A stretch of 63,958 bases of DNA, filler included, from Octopus bimaculoides (Eukaryota): the NCBI RefSeq assembly GCF_001194135.2. It is 6 parts of 6 records of this genome, joined end to end, with 100 filler letters (N's around TTAATTAATTAA, not from the genome) between each part and the next. Parts side by side here need not be neighbours in the genome. Positions count along the whole stretch, not along the records: positions 19,062 to 30,218 come from NC_068999.1; positions 30,319 to 38,494 come from NC_069000.1; 4 more parts are not named here. One strand, written 5' to 3'. The position numbers and the translations under genes were made by a program. The first letter of the stretch is position 1. Each line of letters starts with the position of its first letter. Below, one piece after another: positions 23,146-36,761 of the stretch. The notes below the pieces were generated by a model. That model did no database searches. It was not told the origin of the DNA and saw only the letters and a program-made list of their open reading frames with translations.

Positions 23146-24598
23146 NNNNNNNNNNNNNNNNNNNNNNNNNNNNNNNNNNNNNNNNNNNNNNNNNNNNNNN
23201 NNNNNNNNNNNNNNNNNNNNNNNNNNNNNNNNNNNNNNNNNNNNNATCAATAATGAGCAAACAAATCAAAATAAACAAAAAGTATTTTCCTAGTTTTCCA
23301 CCATTATATTATTTGTATATCTGTATTGAAATTTATTGACCCTTTACAATAGTTTCGTTCATTTTTTACATTTACTTTCTGGTTTTTATCCATCACGACT
23401 TACACATTGCCTTCAATAATTCAATATTTAGTTAACTTCGTAACGGTTCAATAATTTACACTTTATAAATTTACTATTGAGTTTCTGGAGGAAAAAAAAA
23501 CTACAGCAAAACACCAAACAAAAACCACCAACTTTCCAAACAATGATACTAATAATAATATTAATAAAACTACTGAACAATAATAATAATAATATTAATC
23601 CTTTCTACTACTGAAGACACAAGGCCTGAAATTTGGGTGGAGGGGACTAGTCGATTATATCGACCCCAATGTTTCACTCGTATTTAATTTGTCGACCCCG
23701 AAAGGATGAAGTGCAAAGAAATTTGAACTCAGAACGTAGCGGTAGACGAAATAATATAAATAATAATAATTGGAAGAAGGACGATTATGAAAAATTGAAC
23801 AACAGCATCAACAGTAGAAATACTTTGAAATATTTGGCACAAGGCCCGCAATTTTAGTGAAACGAAGTTAGTTGATTACATCGATTTGCCTGGTACTTTG
23901 TTTTATCGGCACCAGAAGAAATGTCGCTAAGGATTGTCAATCCATGCTGAACAATGATTTCTGTTCGGGAATTCATGGAACCCGATTTTTCTCCCCACCT
24001 CACTCTATCCATCTATCTATCTCTTTTTCTCTCTCTCTCTCTCTTCCCTTCTCTCTCTCTCTCATACACACCATCTCCCCTTCCCTCCCTCTCACCCTCC
24101 CTCTCTCTCACTCATATACTCATTCTACTGAATTATTTAGTAAACAATCAATCTTGACATTAATAATCACAGTGTTCATATATTGCTTTAAAACGAAATT
24201 TAGAGACAAATATGCGTATCAAAAGTAGCTAATTTATTTAATAAACGAATCTTCACTATGCAAACAAGAAATATTATAATGTCGGGGAGAAAACGATTTT
24301 AGCAAACATCTTACAAGTTTATCAATTTTTAGCATGTAAGGGTCACCACGCTAGACATGATTGTACGGCATGATGACCTTGTCAACTAGGTTTAACAGTC
24401 ACGAATCTGATCGAATAAATAATTAAAGAATGATTAATTAGGTGTAGAACAATTTTCTGAAAAAAAAAAGAATTCTGTGTTTTATAAATTATTCAAAGAA
24501 TAAAGTAGGAATCAAATCAACGTGTAATATATTTTTGTCAGATTTCAAATTTGAAGTCTTAAAGCTCTAATTCAAATAATGTATATGGTGAGAGAGAT

Positions 24599-24812
24599 AT
24601 GTGAGGGCGTAGAAAAGTTCCTAGTTTTGGGTAAAAGAAAATACAGGAGGATCAGTTAATTATGATTTTTATTCAACTTATTCCCCTATAGGATAAACAC
24701 ACATATTGCAAGGGCCTTTTAGCTTTTCTGAGCCCAATAAAAGAACTCGGAAGGTTGGGTCTCCTGCTTAGCCTTCCGTGACACCCTTAAAGCCAGGAAC
24801 TATTCAGCAGTA
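24599..24812 (+). mobile_element. Mariner-derived non-autonomous element (second copy at about 25600-25817)
   Basis: Shared GTAAAAGAAAATACAGGAGGATCAGTTAATTATGATTTT core and (T)ACGAGG / AACTTTTCAGCAC termini. Confidence 0.65.
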
Positions 24813-24828
24813 CTTATGGTCCTGGATT

Positions 24829-25580
24829 CAGTCCTTCTGCGTGTTAGCTTGGGCAAGTGTCTTCTACGTAACCTCAGGCTGACCAATGCCTTGTGAATGG
24901 TTTTAATAGACGGAGACTGAAAGAAGCCTGTTGTATATATATGTGCGTCTGTGTGTACATGTATGCGTGTATTTGTGTGTATGTCTTTGTTTGTGTCCCC
25001 ACAATTGCTTGACGACCGATGTTGGTATGTTTACGCCCACGTTAATTAGCGCTTCGGTAAAAGAGAACGGTAGAATATGTACTAGACTTACATGGAATAA
25101 GTCCTTGGGGCGATTTGTCCGACTAATGGTAGTGCTCCTGCATGGTCGCAGTCAAAATGACTGAAACAAGTAAAAGAATAAAAGAAAAAAGAAGTGGCTG
25201 TGTCGTAAGCAGTTTTCTTACCAACCACATGGTTCCGGGTTCAGTCACTCTGCATGTCACATTCGACAATGTCTTCTACTGTAGCCTCGAGCCGACCAAA
25301 GCCCTGTGAGTGGATTTGTTAGAGAGAAACTGAAAGAAGCCCGTCGAATATATGTATGTGTCTCCGTGTTTGTGAGTGTGTGTTTGAGTCTGTGTTTCCC
25401 CACCACCATCGCTTGACAACCGAGGCTGGTGTGTTTACGACCCTCGTAACATAGCGGTTCGACAAAACAGGCCATTAGATTAAGTACTAGGCTTACAAAG
25501 AATAAGTCATGTTTGACTAAAGGCTCTGCTCCAGCATGGCTGCAGTCAAATGACTGAAGCAAAGAGAAAAGAGTAAACGA
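24829..25580 (+). mobile_element. Two SINE family A copies in tandem (about 24829-25185 and 25193-25580)
   Basis: Both match the family A body and tail. Confidence 0.8.
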
Positions 25581-26427
25581 GTAAAATACGTACATACATA
25601 CGAGGCACTACTGAAATGTCTCTGGCTTTCTGTAAAAGAAAATACAGGAGGATCAGTTAATTATGATTTTATACAACATATTCCCCTCTCAGAATCACAT
25701 ACTTATTGCAGCGGGTCTTCTGTTTATTTAAGCCCGGTAAACGATCTCGGAATGTTGCGTCGCCACCAAGGCATTTTCTGAAACCCTTAAACCCCAAAAC
25801 TTTTCAGCACCCCACGTACAAGGATAATGTACGATTAGTAGTACTTCAATTTATAAGGAGCATTTAGTATCTGGAATGTTCTATCCTTGGTTTTTTAATG
25901 TATCTGATATATAACACTGACATAAACAAGGTGAATTTTGCAAATATGGCAACTTGACTGTCTCAGTTANNNNNNNNNNNNNNNNNNNNNNNNNNNNNNN
26001 NNNNNNNNNNNNNNNNNNNNNNNNNNNNNNNNNNNNNNNNNNNNNNNNNNNNNNNNNNNNNNNNNNNNNNNNNNNNNNNNNNNNNNNNNNNNNNNNNNNN
26101 NNNNNNNNNNNNNNNNNNNNNNNNNNNNNNNNNNNNNNNNNNNNNNNNNNNNNNNNNNNNNNNNNNNNNNNNNNNNNNNNNNNNNNNNNNNNNNNNNNNN
26201 NNNNNNNNNNNNNNNNNNNNNNNNNNNNNNNNNNNNNNNNNNNNNNNNNNNNNNNNNNNNNNNNNNNNNNNNNNNNNNNNNNNNNNNNNNNNNNNNNNNN
26301 NNNNNNNNNNNNNNNNNNNNNNNNNNNNNNNNNNNNNNNNNNNNNNNNNNNNNNNNNNNNNNNNNNNNNNNNNNNNNNNNNNNNNNNNNNNNNNNNNNNN
26401 NNNNNNNNNNNNNNNNNNNNNNNNNNN

Positions 26428-26462
<35 letters not shown>

Positions 26463-27446
26463 CACACACACACCTATACTTACGTACACACATGGAGAGG
26501 TATATCAAGATGTAAGTGTGCGCATTTGTGTGTATTTTTCTTCTTTAGGTGTGTTTGTATTTGTTGCTTTGTTGTTCAGTCAGAGATTAATCCTTAGTCA
26601 AACACACTTATATCGAAAAGTGTTCCAGTCTCACACCCACATTCGATTAGACTACATTGCCGAATGCGTTAATAATCTATACTTTAATACGATGGTGATA
26701 ATCATCATCATCATCACCATCACCATCGTCGCCGTCGACGTCTTTCGTCCCCGTCGTCGTCACAATGGTCATGATAATAGCGAGGCTCATGTCATGACAA
26801 ACATGACCATAACGTTGACAGAAGGTAAGCCGTCGCTAGCATATTCTTTCTTTGCAATGGCTGTGAAACGAAAGCGATGACTCACTCCTCAAAGCATCAA
26901 AATGATTTAGCTGATGCGAAATTCGTTCACGTCAAATGGAAGCGAGGGAAACTTTACAAACTTCAAATGAGCAACATCTAGGGCACTAAACGAGAGAATA
27001 TTTGAAAGCGATGTCACGATATTATTTCTAGCATACCATACTGATTAGAGTGCAGCATATGCATTAAAAGTATTAAACAATCGTGTTTAGAACTTCAAAC
27101 AAAATTGCTGCAAAACACGTGGCGCTAAAGTTTACGCATTTCATAGGAAATGTATGGCGATCTTTAGAAGGTTAGAAATTACTAAGTCAAACAGTTTGAT
27201 CAAAGCATTTCCGGGGAAATCGTGTCTACATCTGTATATCAGCTGATGAATGGATAGATGCGTGCAGATATATTCACTTACATACACAGAGATCATTGAC
27301 AATGACAGACACAGACAAAAGCCTCCAGAAATAGCAATTTTAAGTAGATAATTATACTTGTGTACAAGTATGCACACGTATTCTCACTTCTACTTATTTC
27401 TCTCTTTGTCTATCACTTTCTTGCTTTCTTCCACATTTCTCTTCGA

Positions 27447-27500
<54 letters not shown>

Positions 27501-27771
27501 ATGTGTGTACTTCTGAGTATATAATATATACATAGTGAGAGATATGGACATATATATATATATATATATATACTTATGCGCTCACACATACATGCATACA
27601 TGTGTATGTATATATGTATGTATANNNNNNNNNNNNNNNNNNNNNNNNNNNNNNNNNNNNNNNNNNNNNNNNNNNNNNNNNNNNNNNNNNNNNNNNNNNN
27701 NNNNNNNNNNNNNNNNNNNNNNNNNNNNNNNNNNNNNNNNNNNNNNNNNNNNNNNNNNNNNNNNNNNNNNN

Positions 27772-27810
<39 letters not shown>

Positions 27811-30168
27811 TACATATATACATATATACATACATACGTACATACATACATACATACATACATACATACCTACATGCATATATACCACATGCTTACACAC
27901 ACACATACGTACATCATGAACACATGGATATATATATATTAATATGTATATTCCTACCTTCACACTTACAGCTTGAATCTCACAAACCGGTTTGAAATAT
28001 ATTTAAGTTTCGCAGTAGAAATGCTTGTTTTATTTTGATGTGTATCATCTTCGATTCATGTGTAAAATTTCAACATGAATTATGATTTCGTTTTCTGTAT
28101 ATTCTTCTCTGCTTTCCTAAACTTTGACTCCATTTGTATTTTTCGCAAGCTTTATGCACACACTTCTCTTTCATTACATTTTTTTTATTATCCTCTCTCT
28201 GTTTTTAATAGGGTAGCGAGAGAATTCTACAGAAACTTGATAGTTGCTACTTAGCAGAAGTAAATATATATTCGTTCCAATTCAAAATTAGAACCATTCT
28301 TTCAATTGATGTCTGATACAATTTATAAAAAGAATGTAAAATAATAACGATAAAAAATTCAGCAAACACAAAAGTCATAATAATTCTTTAAGATCAAGAA
28401 TGAAGATAAGAATTTGTGAACCGAAACGAGCAAAGGGTTCTGAATTATAGTTATAGGTGAAGAATTAGAAAATTTGAATTTAAGAGAATGCAACAGCTTG
28501 TAATTTACCTCTACACGAATATCGACAAAATATTGACAAAAGAAAAGTTTCCAGTCGCATCTTTAGAATATCCATTATTTGTTCTTGGAGTTGTTGTCGG
28601 CGTTGTACTCAAAAACGTTTTAGACAATGAACACGTTGCTTTAAAAAATCGATTTCTTGAAATAACGAATGAAACGGTTTGCAATTACCCAAAATCATTG
28701 CATAAGATACTTACATTGTAATATATCCAGTAGGTTTTATATTCTTTAGTTTTAGAGGAAATGGACAAAATTAGTGTGGAGAGATAGCAAAGTCGAAGTG
28801 GATATATATTCAAGTTTGACTACAAACTGAGTCTACAAAGATCCAGAATAAAATGCTTTCATTATTTATGGGCAGCTGACGCTGATGTTGCTGCTTCACA
28901 TAGAGTCACCGACCTCATCTAATATAAGGCCATATGACTGAGAAGTAAAATCTAATAAGAATATTTGCATCAAGTACTGACTCTGACTTACTATTCTGTC
29001 AATAATACAATATACTATACTTCACTGAATAACGGAATTACGTACTGTTCCCACTCAAACATATTTGTCTCTCTTCCGCTTATTTCTCTTACTCCATCTC
29101 GTTCACAATCCGCTGATTAACAACCTCGAGAAAGTTAGACGACGTGAATTCTATATCTGACTTCGTTTTATTTGCAGACATCACCATATGTACAGCGCGT
29201 TAGTAGCAGGCTAATGATAAATCATACTATTGTAACTAGTGTTTAGCAACCAGCGTAGGTTATTGACTCAAAACTTCCTATAGACTGAAGCATGATCAAA
29301 AGATGGTAGGTGTCTCGCTAGTCAATTTCTATGTCTATACTAAAAGTATGAGGAATGTGATTCGCGTGCGAGATTGATAAAACGGGAAAATGCATCAATG
29401 ACTGGGCCTATAAAGAGGCCCACGAATATCAGGTGTACTTATTACATGCGAAACTATGTCATATTAGGTAGCCTAGATCTAGATACAAGACACTTTAAAA
29501 ATAAAAGATATATTTAGTGATGGAATGCTTTTGACGAGATGTCTGCTAATGGGAATTATAATCTTTCTGATAAATTCGGAAAATGTTTATTCCAGATCAC
29601 AAAATTCGGTCTATCTTTTGACAGAGTTCAAAAAATTTATAAGAGATCATTATATCAAAACTGAATTCAATTCAAACGAATAATCACTATTTGCAGAATG
29701 TGAATAAGGAACATAACTGCCAACCCTATGATTAAATATCATACAAAAGTAGAAGACAATCGTGGCAAGAGCGTTGATTAATGAGATAGTTAATGAAAAA
29801 ATACAATTTCCATAACAATTTTGATTGGCTGCAACATTATCATTATTTTGAAAAAAGCGAGAAAACTGCACGTATAACATATTACGTTTTCAATCAGGTT
29901 ATATTATTTTACATCAGATAGCATGTGTTCACATAGTCGCTGCAAATTACATCTGCGGGAAATCCGTACATACAAATAAATACCCGCATGCACGCACGCA
30001 CGTACGCGAATGAAGACTTGAATGTAATGAAATTAATGTCCGTCATACAGTAACCAATGGTTTCCCATTTACAAGGGTGTACGCCTCGCGGACGTCACAT
30101 CCGCGAGATTAAGGCATTTGTGGATACAAAGCCATTGATCACTCTATGACAAGACATTAACATAATTG

Positions 30169-30218
<50 letters not shown>

Positions 30219-30436
30219 NNNNNNNNNNNNNNNNNNNNNNNNNNNNNNNNNNNNNNNNNNNNTTAATTAATTAANNNNNNNNNNNNNNNNNNNNNNNNNN
30301 NNNNNNNNNNNNNNNNNNACTTTAAAATTAAAAAAAAAATTCTGTAAAATTTAAAAAATGATAAATAGATGAAATAAATCAATGCATAAATAGATAAATA
30401 TTGTGATTTATTTTCTAAATATCTTTGAATATTTTG

Positions 30437-30745
30437 CTTTATATTTGTTATCCATCTGTGTGTGTGTGTGTGTATGTGTGTGTGTATCTGTGTCTGTGTG
30501 TGTCTGTCTGTGTGTGTGTGTCTGTGTGTGTCTGTGTGTGTGTGTGAATGTGCTTGTATGTGTGTCTGTGTATGTGTGTATGTCTGTGTGTTTCTGTGTG
30601 TGTTTGTATTTACATGTGTGGATGTATGTGTGTATGTGTGAGTGTGTTTATGCATGTATGTTTGTGTGTATGTGTGTGTATGTGTGTGTATGTGTGTATG
30701 TGAATATGTTTGTGCGTGTTTGTGTTTATGTGTGTGTGTAAATTT
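30437..30745. repeat. Degenerate (GT)n microsatellite
   Basis: Visible directly in the sequence. Confidence 0.95.
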
Positions 30746-31759
30746 GTGTGTACAAATGAAGGAAAAGAGTACTCATTACATTGTGTAGAGAATATATTTT
30801 TACAGCTGAGCAGTTTTCAACTCACACAGCCATAATTCAAAGTACGGTGGAGATGTAATATGCATGTCTATGAACCCTCAGTCTATGGCTGTTTGAACCA
30901 AAATCTCTGAGTCATTACATTCCTGCTCAGTTTCTATCAACCACTCTGTCCCTTCTCGATACCTGTCATGTATCCATCGTAGGCATGTTGCCTATGTAAC
31001 AGAAGATGGCATTTTAATCCTCACATTTACCACCCATGTCTCTGTCTCTCTCTTCTGTTATAACATCTGTGTAACAAGAGATTTTATTAGATGTGTTAAC
31101 ACTTGATACACCCAGCATCATCTTATACTAGCCATCTCTTCCTGGTCCTTGTGTCACTCATTTTTAATATACATCACCCTCTGTCCATCTATAATAATCC
31201 ATTATTCACCTCTTCTTGATGTCCATTACTATTTCTAACCAACATCTATTACAATCCTTTACTCTTCTATTTCTCTCTCTGCTTCTCTCTGTCTCTGTCA
31301 GTTCATTTGTCTGTCTGCCTATTTATCTGTCTGTCTGTCTCTGTCTCTCTGTGTGCCTGTTTGTCTCTCTGTCTCTCTGTCTCTCTCTCTCTCTCTCTGT
31401 TTTTCTGTCTGTCTGTATCTAACTGTCTCTCCCTCGCCTCAAACATATAACTGCCATCACTGTTTCTGACTTACAACCCCTTCTTCTTGCTCAAATCAAC
31501 CTATTTAAGATATTTTGCTTGATCCACAATTTTCTCATCTCTAACACATATTAGTTTTATAATTTCTTTCTTACATTATTTTATTTAATATTGTTATCTA
31601 TATATTCATATTTCATTGTGATAGTTATTGTAGTTGAGGTCATGGCCATAGTGTTGGTAGGATATTTTGACTAGCCATTGACTTCTAATTTTTACTGTTT
31701 ATTGATTTTATTTGACAGTAGATAATGTATGTGAATATTGAGATATTTTATGATATGTT

Positions 31760-32290
31760 TGTGTATGTGAGTTGTTTATGACAACAAGAGGAAAAGTTTT
31801 CACTGAAGGCATATAGATATGTGCTGTGTGTAAGACGTAAGTTGGAAGGGTACCTCAGCTAGATTACTATTGGACAACGAACAGAGGTTCACAATCTATA
31901 GGGTGGGCAACAGAGATGATGTAGGTAGTGTAGCCATACTTTTGGTAGAAAAATAAGTAGATGATGTAATTGATGTAGTCAGAGTGTGCAATAGGAGTGT
32001 TAAGCTGAGACATGTTTTAAATAAATCAACAGTTATATTTATTTCCACCTATGCCTCACAGTCTGGGCTGGCAGCTGATCAGTAGGGCTGATGATGGCAG
32101 AATCTGTAAGAAAATTGGTAAAAAAAATTCCAGGTGCAAAAGCAAAACTTGGTACCAAAGGGTCTTAAAGTTAACTTAGCAAAGACCAAAGTTCTAGCAA
32201 GTAGGAAAACAAACAGGACTCTGTTCTGCTTTTGGCTAATGGCCCTGCTCAATATGTAGAAAAGGTGTAGACAAGAATTCTTGATACTAA
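31760..32290 (+). mobile_element. Internally deleted RTE LINE relic (endonuclease plus RT fragment)
   Basis: Decayed DMCCV*DVSWKGTSARLL...GSVAILLVEK*VDDVIDVVRVCNRSVKLRHV, followed by KGLKVNLAKTKVL. Confidence 0.7.
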
Positions 32291-33715
32291 AATGCAATAT
32301 TTAGCTTAACTTTCAGCCCAGTTTTCCAAAACTGATTTCTTGGCATCCCCCTATACCATAGATTGCATGCAAGAACAGAGCAGCTGTACGTGACTTGTTA
32401 ATAGGAATCAACATTTACTTTAAATTTCATTTTGGCTTTATTTAATAAATATCTTTACTAACTCATATTTCTGTTGTAGGTTCATCCAGTTTGCAGTTTG
32501 AAAGTGACTGATATAGGTGTATGTTTGAAAGCTTCAAGTTTGTATTTATTTACAAGGATGCATGTTGAGAATGTTTCTTTTTTCACTTTAATATACAGCC
32601 AGAGTGAACTAGAACCTTGAGTTTTTTTTAGTTGGACATAGCTGACAGTGGATACTGAAATCATTCTATACCTTTACCTATGCAACAATATTATATTTTA
32701 TTCTGTGGTTGCTTTCTCCACTTTCTCAATGTATCTGGAAAAATACATAGGCTGAAATAAATGGCTCTGTTGTGTTTATCTGATTTTAAAGGTATTCTTG
32801 GTTAACCTAATGTACTTATTTACTGTACATTTGTTAACCCTACATTCGTTCTATATAACACCTTCTTTAGAGGCATTTTTTATCCAAAGAGCACCTGCAT
32901 TTTTTGTAGAGTTCACAGATTTTTGGTTGTGGTTAGTGATTAGTAAGTTTATTTTATCCATGCAACTATAGCTAACCTTAATAGAATGCGTGTTGAAAAT
33001 TTTTTGATGTCTGTGTGAACAGAGTAGAGCATACTGTAGGTCCTAGTAACATTTGAGGATGCATGAAACTAAAGTTAGGGATATATAAAACATTTTATAT
33101 ATATCTCTAAATTTTGTATTATTTTATATGAATTGTTCTATGTATTTCAGCTTAATTATAAAACCACTTTTGGTTAAAATCGTAGTGTGGTGCTGTATTG
33201 TTAAATATTGCTCTATTTAATGACATGTTAGATAAGCATCTGCTATTGTTGTCTATAATATAGTGTATGACAGCATATAGGTGGTTTGAACTCCTATTTA
33301 TATATATATTTCATCTCTGTTGGGTTTATAGCAGAAGTGAAATATTTTCTGTAAAGTTAAAAGTTGCATCTGGAAAACTTGTTATCTTCAGGTTTGTATT
33401 TATCATAAAGTTAAAATCAAATTCTTTAAAAGTGATAATTAATGTACTTTCTGAGTTTGTTCATGTCATACCCATTCACACTATGGGATACAACAAGCCT
33501 GTAGTCTGCATAAAATCCAATATTGGTGGATATTGTTCTGTTTCTGTATAATCTATCCAATTTGTTTCCATTTAAGAACAATGTTTCAGCTGGTAGATAC
33601 AGCCAAAATATGTTTATTGTAGACAAAGAAGTAAAATGGAAATGGATATAGTGGCATATTTATATGTTTTAAATAGTTCCGATGACACTTCCATGATGTA
33701 CATATGCATCATCAT

Positions 33716-33769
<54 letters not shown>

Positions 33770-34507
33770 TGTCTTCACATTTGCTTTTTCCATGCTGGCA
33801 CTGGTTGGACGAGAGTTATTGAAGCAGTATTTTTATGACTGGATGCTCTTCCTGTTACAAACACCCGTTTTTAAAGTAAGGTAGTTTTGAAACTATGAGC
33901 TATAAGAATTTACAAGAAATGTAATCACTGTCACCTGTTTGGTTCACAAGGTGAAAATGTGAAGACACATGGCAATACTAAAACAACCATGTGTACACAT
34001 ACATATATATGTATATGTGTCTGGGTGTATGCATGTGTGGTCTATGCATATATGTGTGGTGCATGTGCATGTGTGTGTGTATGTGTGTGTATGTGTGTGT
34101 ATGTGTGTATGCAATAAAGAACAGCTGCATTAAATTTACCTGGTTCTTCTTGTCATTAGTTTATCCATGCTCACTCCAGGCATGCAGACTAGACCAGTTA
34201 ATGCATAACCAACACACAGTTACATCAAGTTGAACCAGTCACGGTTAACTTAACCAAAACTTATAACCAACAGTCATTACAAAGTCATATGTGTTTGGAC
34301 TAAATATTTTTCAGAAAGAAGGAAAAAAATAGTCAAAAAGGAAGAAAAAGGCAAAGAGGGGATATCAGAAAGCAGTTGTATCAAATGACCCCCATGAAGG
34401 TGAATAAGAAGTAATTCAAGAAATAAAATGGATTTTTGGCTGTGGGAACAAATGACAAACAAGCAAATGGGGGAGGGGCATCATCATCCTCATCATCATC
34501 ATCATCC

Positions 34508-34539
<32 letters not shown>

Positions 34540-35158
34540 TTCATCATCATTTAACGCCTTTTGTTCATGCTGGTATGGGTTGGATGGTTTGACTGGGCTG
34601 GCACACTGGAAGGCTGCATCAGGTTCCAATCTGATTTGGCATGGCTTTCTATGGTTGGATGCCCTTCTTAACACCAACCACTCTGAGAATGCAATGGGTG
34701 CTTTTATGTGCCACCACCATGGGTGCCAATTTGCATGACAATACATGCAAATGTAATTTTCAAAATTACGACTCATTTCAAAATATAGACAAAAATATTT
34801 GAAAGTTTACAAAAAGGGCAATTTAAAAGGAATTGCTAATTTGAAATTATTTTTACATGCATCTACATTTATTATAACAAATATATTTTCAAAGATGCTA
34901 CCTGTATTATAAACCATATTATACTGTTGAGAAAAGAATACAGAAAGCTATGATAATGAGGTTTAATATCCGACATTTAAGCATTCACTTATTCGTTTTA
35001 CTTACTCAAGAGATAAAGTTTATTTTTGAATATTCCTGGCTTCATTTTTTTCTCTTTTGCAATCCCACAGCAAATATTTACCATATTTTTTCTAAAGCAA
35101 CCATCAAAATCTTGTGTGTAAGTGTATGTGTGTGCAAGTGTATGTGTGTGCAAGTGTA

Positions 35159-35193
<35 letters not shown>

Positions 35194-35479
35194 GAATTTC
35201 TACAATATATAATCAACACAGAGTAAGACTGTCTTCAATTTTTTTTTTGGTTTTGAATACAAACTACGAAATAAAGGGAAAATGTATTTGCCCCAATAAT
35301 ATGTATAAGGTATATAGATTATCTGCATATGTGTATGCGTTATTTAGATTATTTAAACTGCTAGCCTGTCACACACACAAAGTCACATCTTTCATTTCCA
35401 ACATCCATGTATGCATTTATCCATCATTCCAGTCAGTATAACTTCTCCCATAACTATATGATATAAAGCATGGCAAGAG

Positions 35480-36210
35480 AGATCAAGCAACCAATCGACC
35501 ATCCATCCAACCAACAAGCAATTGACCATCCAACCAAGAAGCAATCATCCAACCAACCAACCAACCAACCAACCAATCAACCAACAAGTCAGCAACCAAC
35601 CAACCAACCAATCAACAACCAACCAATAACCAACCATCCAACCATCCAACCATCCAACAAACCAACCATCCAACTAACCAACCATCCAACCATCCAACAA
35701 ACCAACCATCCAACTAACCAACCTTCCAACATCCAACCAACCAACCAACCAACCAATCAACAGCCAACCAACTAAAACCAACCAGCTAATCAACATACAA
35801 ATCAGCCTCCAAACCAATCAACCTACCAACCAATGAATAAGCCAACCAACCAACCAACCAATCAACAATCAACCAACAACAAGCCAACCAACTGATCAAC
35901 AACCAACATCAAACTAACTATCAACCCAATTAACAATCAGCCAATCAATCAATCAACAACCAACCAACAACCAGCCAGCCAACCAACCACTAACCAACCA
36001 ACAACCAACTGAACAACAGCCAACAACCAACCAATCAACAACTAACCAATCAACCAACCATCCAACCAACCAACAACCAACCAACAAACCAACAACCAAC
36101 CAGCAATCAACAAACCAACAAACCAACAATCAACCAATCGATCAACCAACCAGCCAGCCAACCAATCAACAATCAACCAACCATCCAATCAACAACCAGC
36201 TAACCAACAT
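35480..36210. repeat. Long degenerate (AACC/CAA)n simple repeat
   Basis: About 730 bp of CAAC/AACC/CAAT units; the QPTN ORF is a by-product. Confidence 0.95.
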
Positions 36211-36309
36211 GTATATTGGTTTCAAATTTTGGCACAAGGCCAGCTATTTTGGGGGATGAAGTAAGTTGATTAAATCAACTGGTTTTTATTTTAATACAGT
36301 TCTATGTTT

Positions 36310-36479
36310 AAGAGATGAGGAAGTATTTACATTATTTACATTTGATGGATATTTGTCCTCATCTTGCTTGTTGTTAACACAACGTTTCAGCTGATATATT
36401 CTCTAGCCTTCATCAGGTGTCCTGGGGAAATTTTGAACCTGGGTTCTCATTCCTAAGGTATTTTTCGATGTTGTTGTTG

Positions 36480-36544
<65 letters not shown>

Positions 36545-36715
36545 ACCACTACCTAGAATCAAATTCGGAATCTTGGAGTTAGTAGCCCATGCTCTTAACC
36601 ACTATGCCATATGTCCATGGTCTATGGGCATATAGCATATTGGTTAAGAGCGCGGGTTACTAACCCCAAGATTCTGAGTTTGATTCCAGGTAGTGACCTG
36701 AATAATAATAATAAT

Positions 36716-36761
<46 letters not shown>

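Noticed and set aside
28488-28721. 77-aa ORF in unique sequence, and an antisense MDILKMRLETFLL... frame ending at a GT
   Set aside because: No homology or connected exons recognised on either strand.
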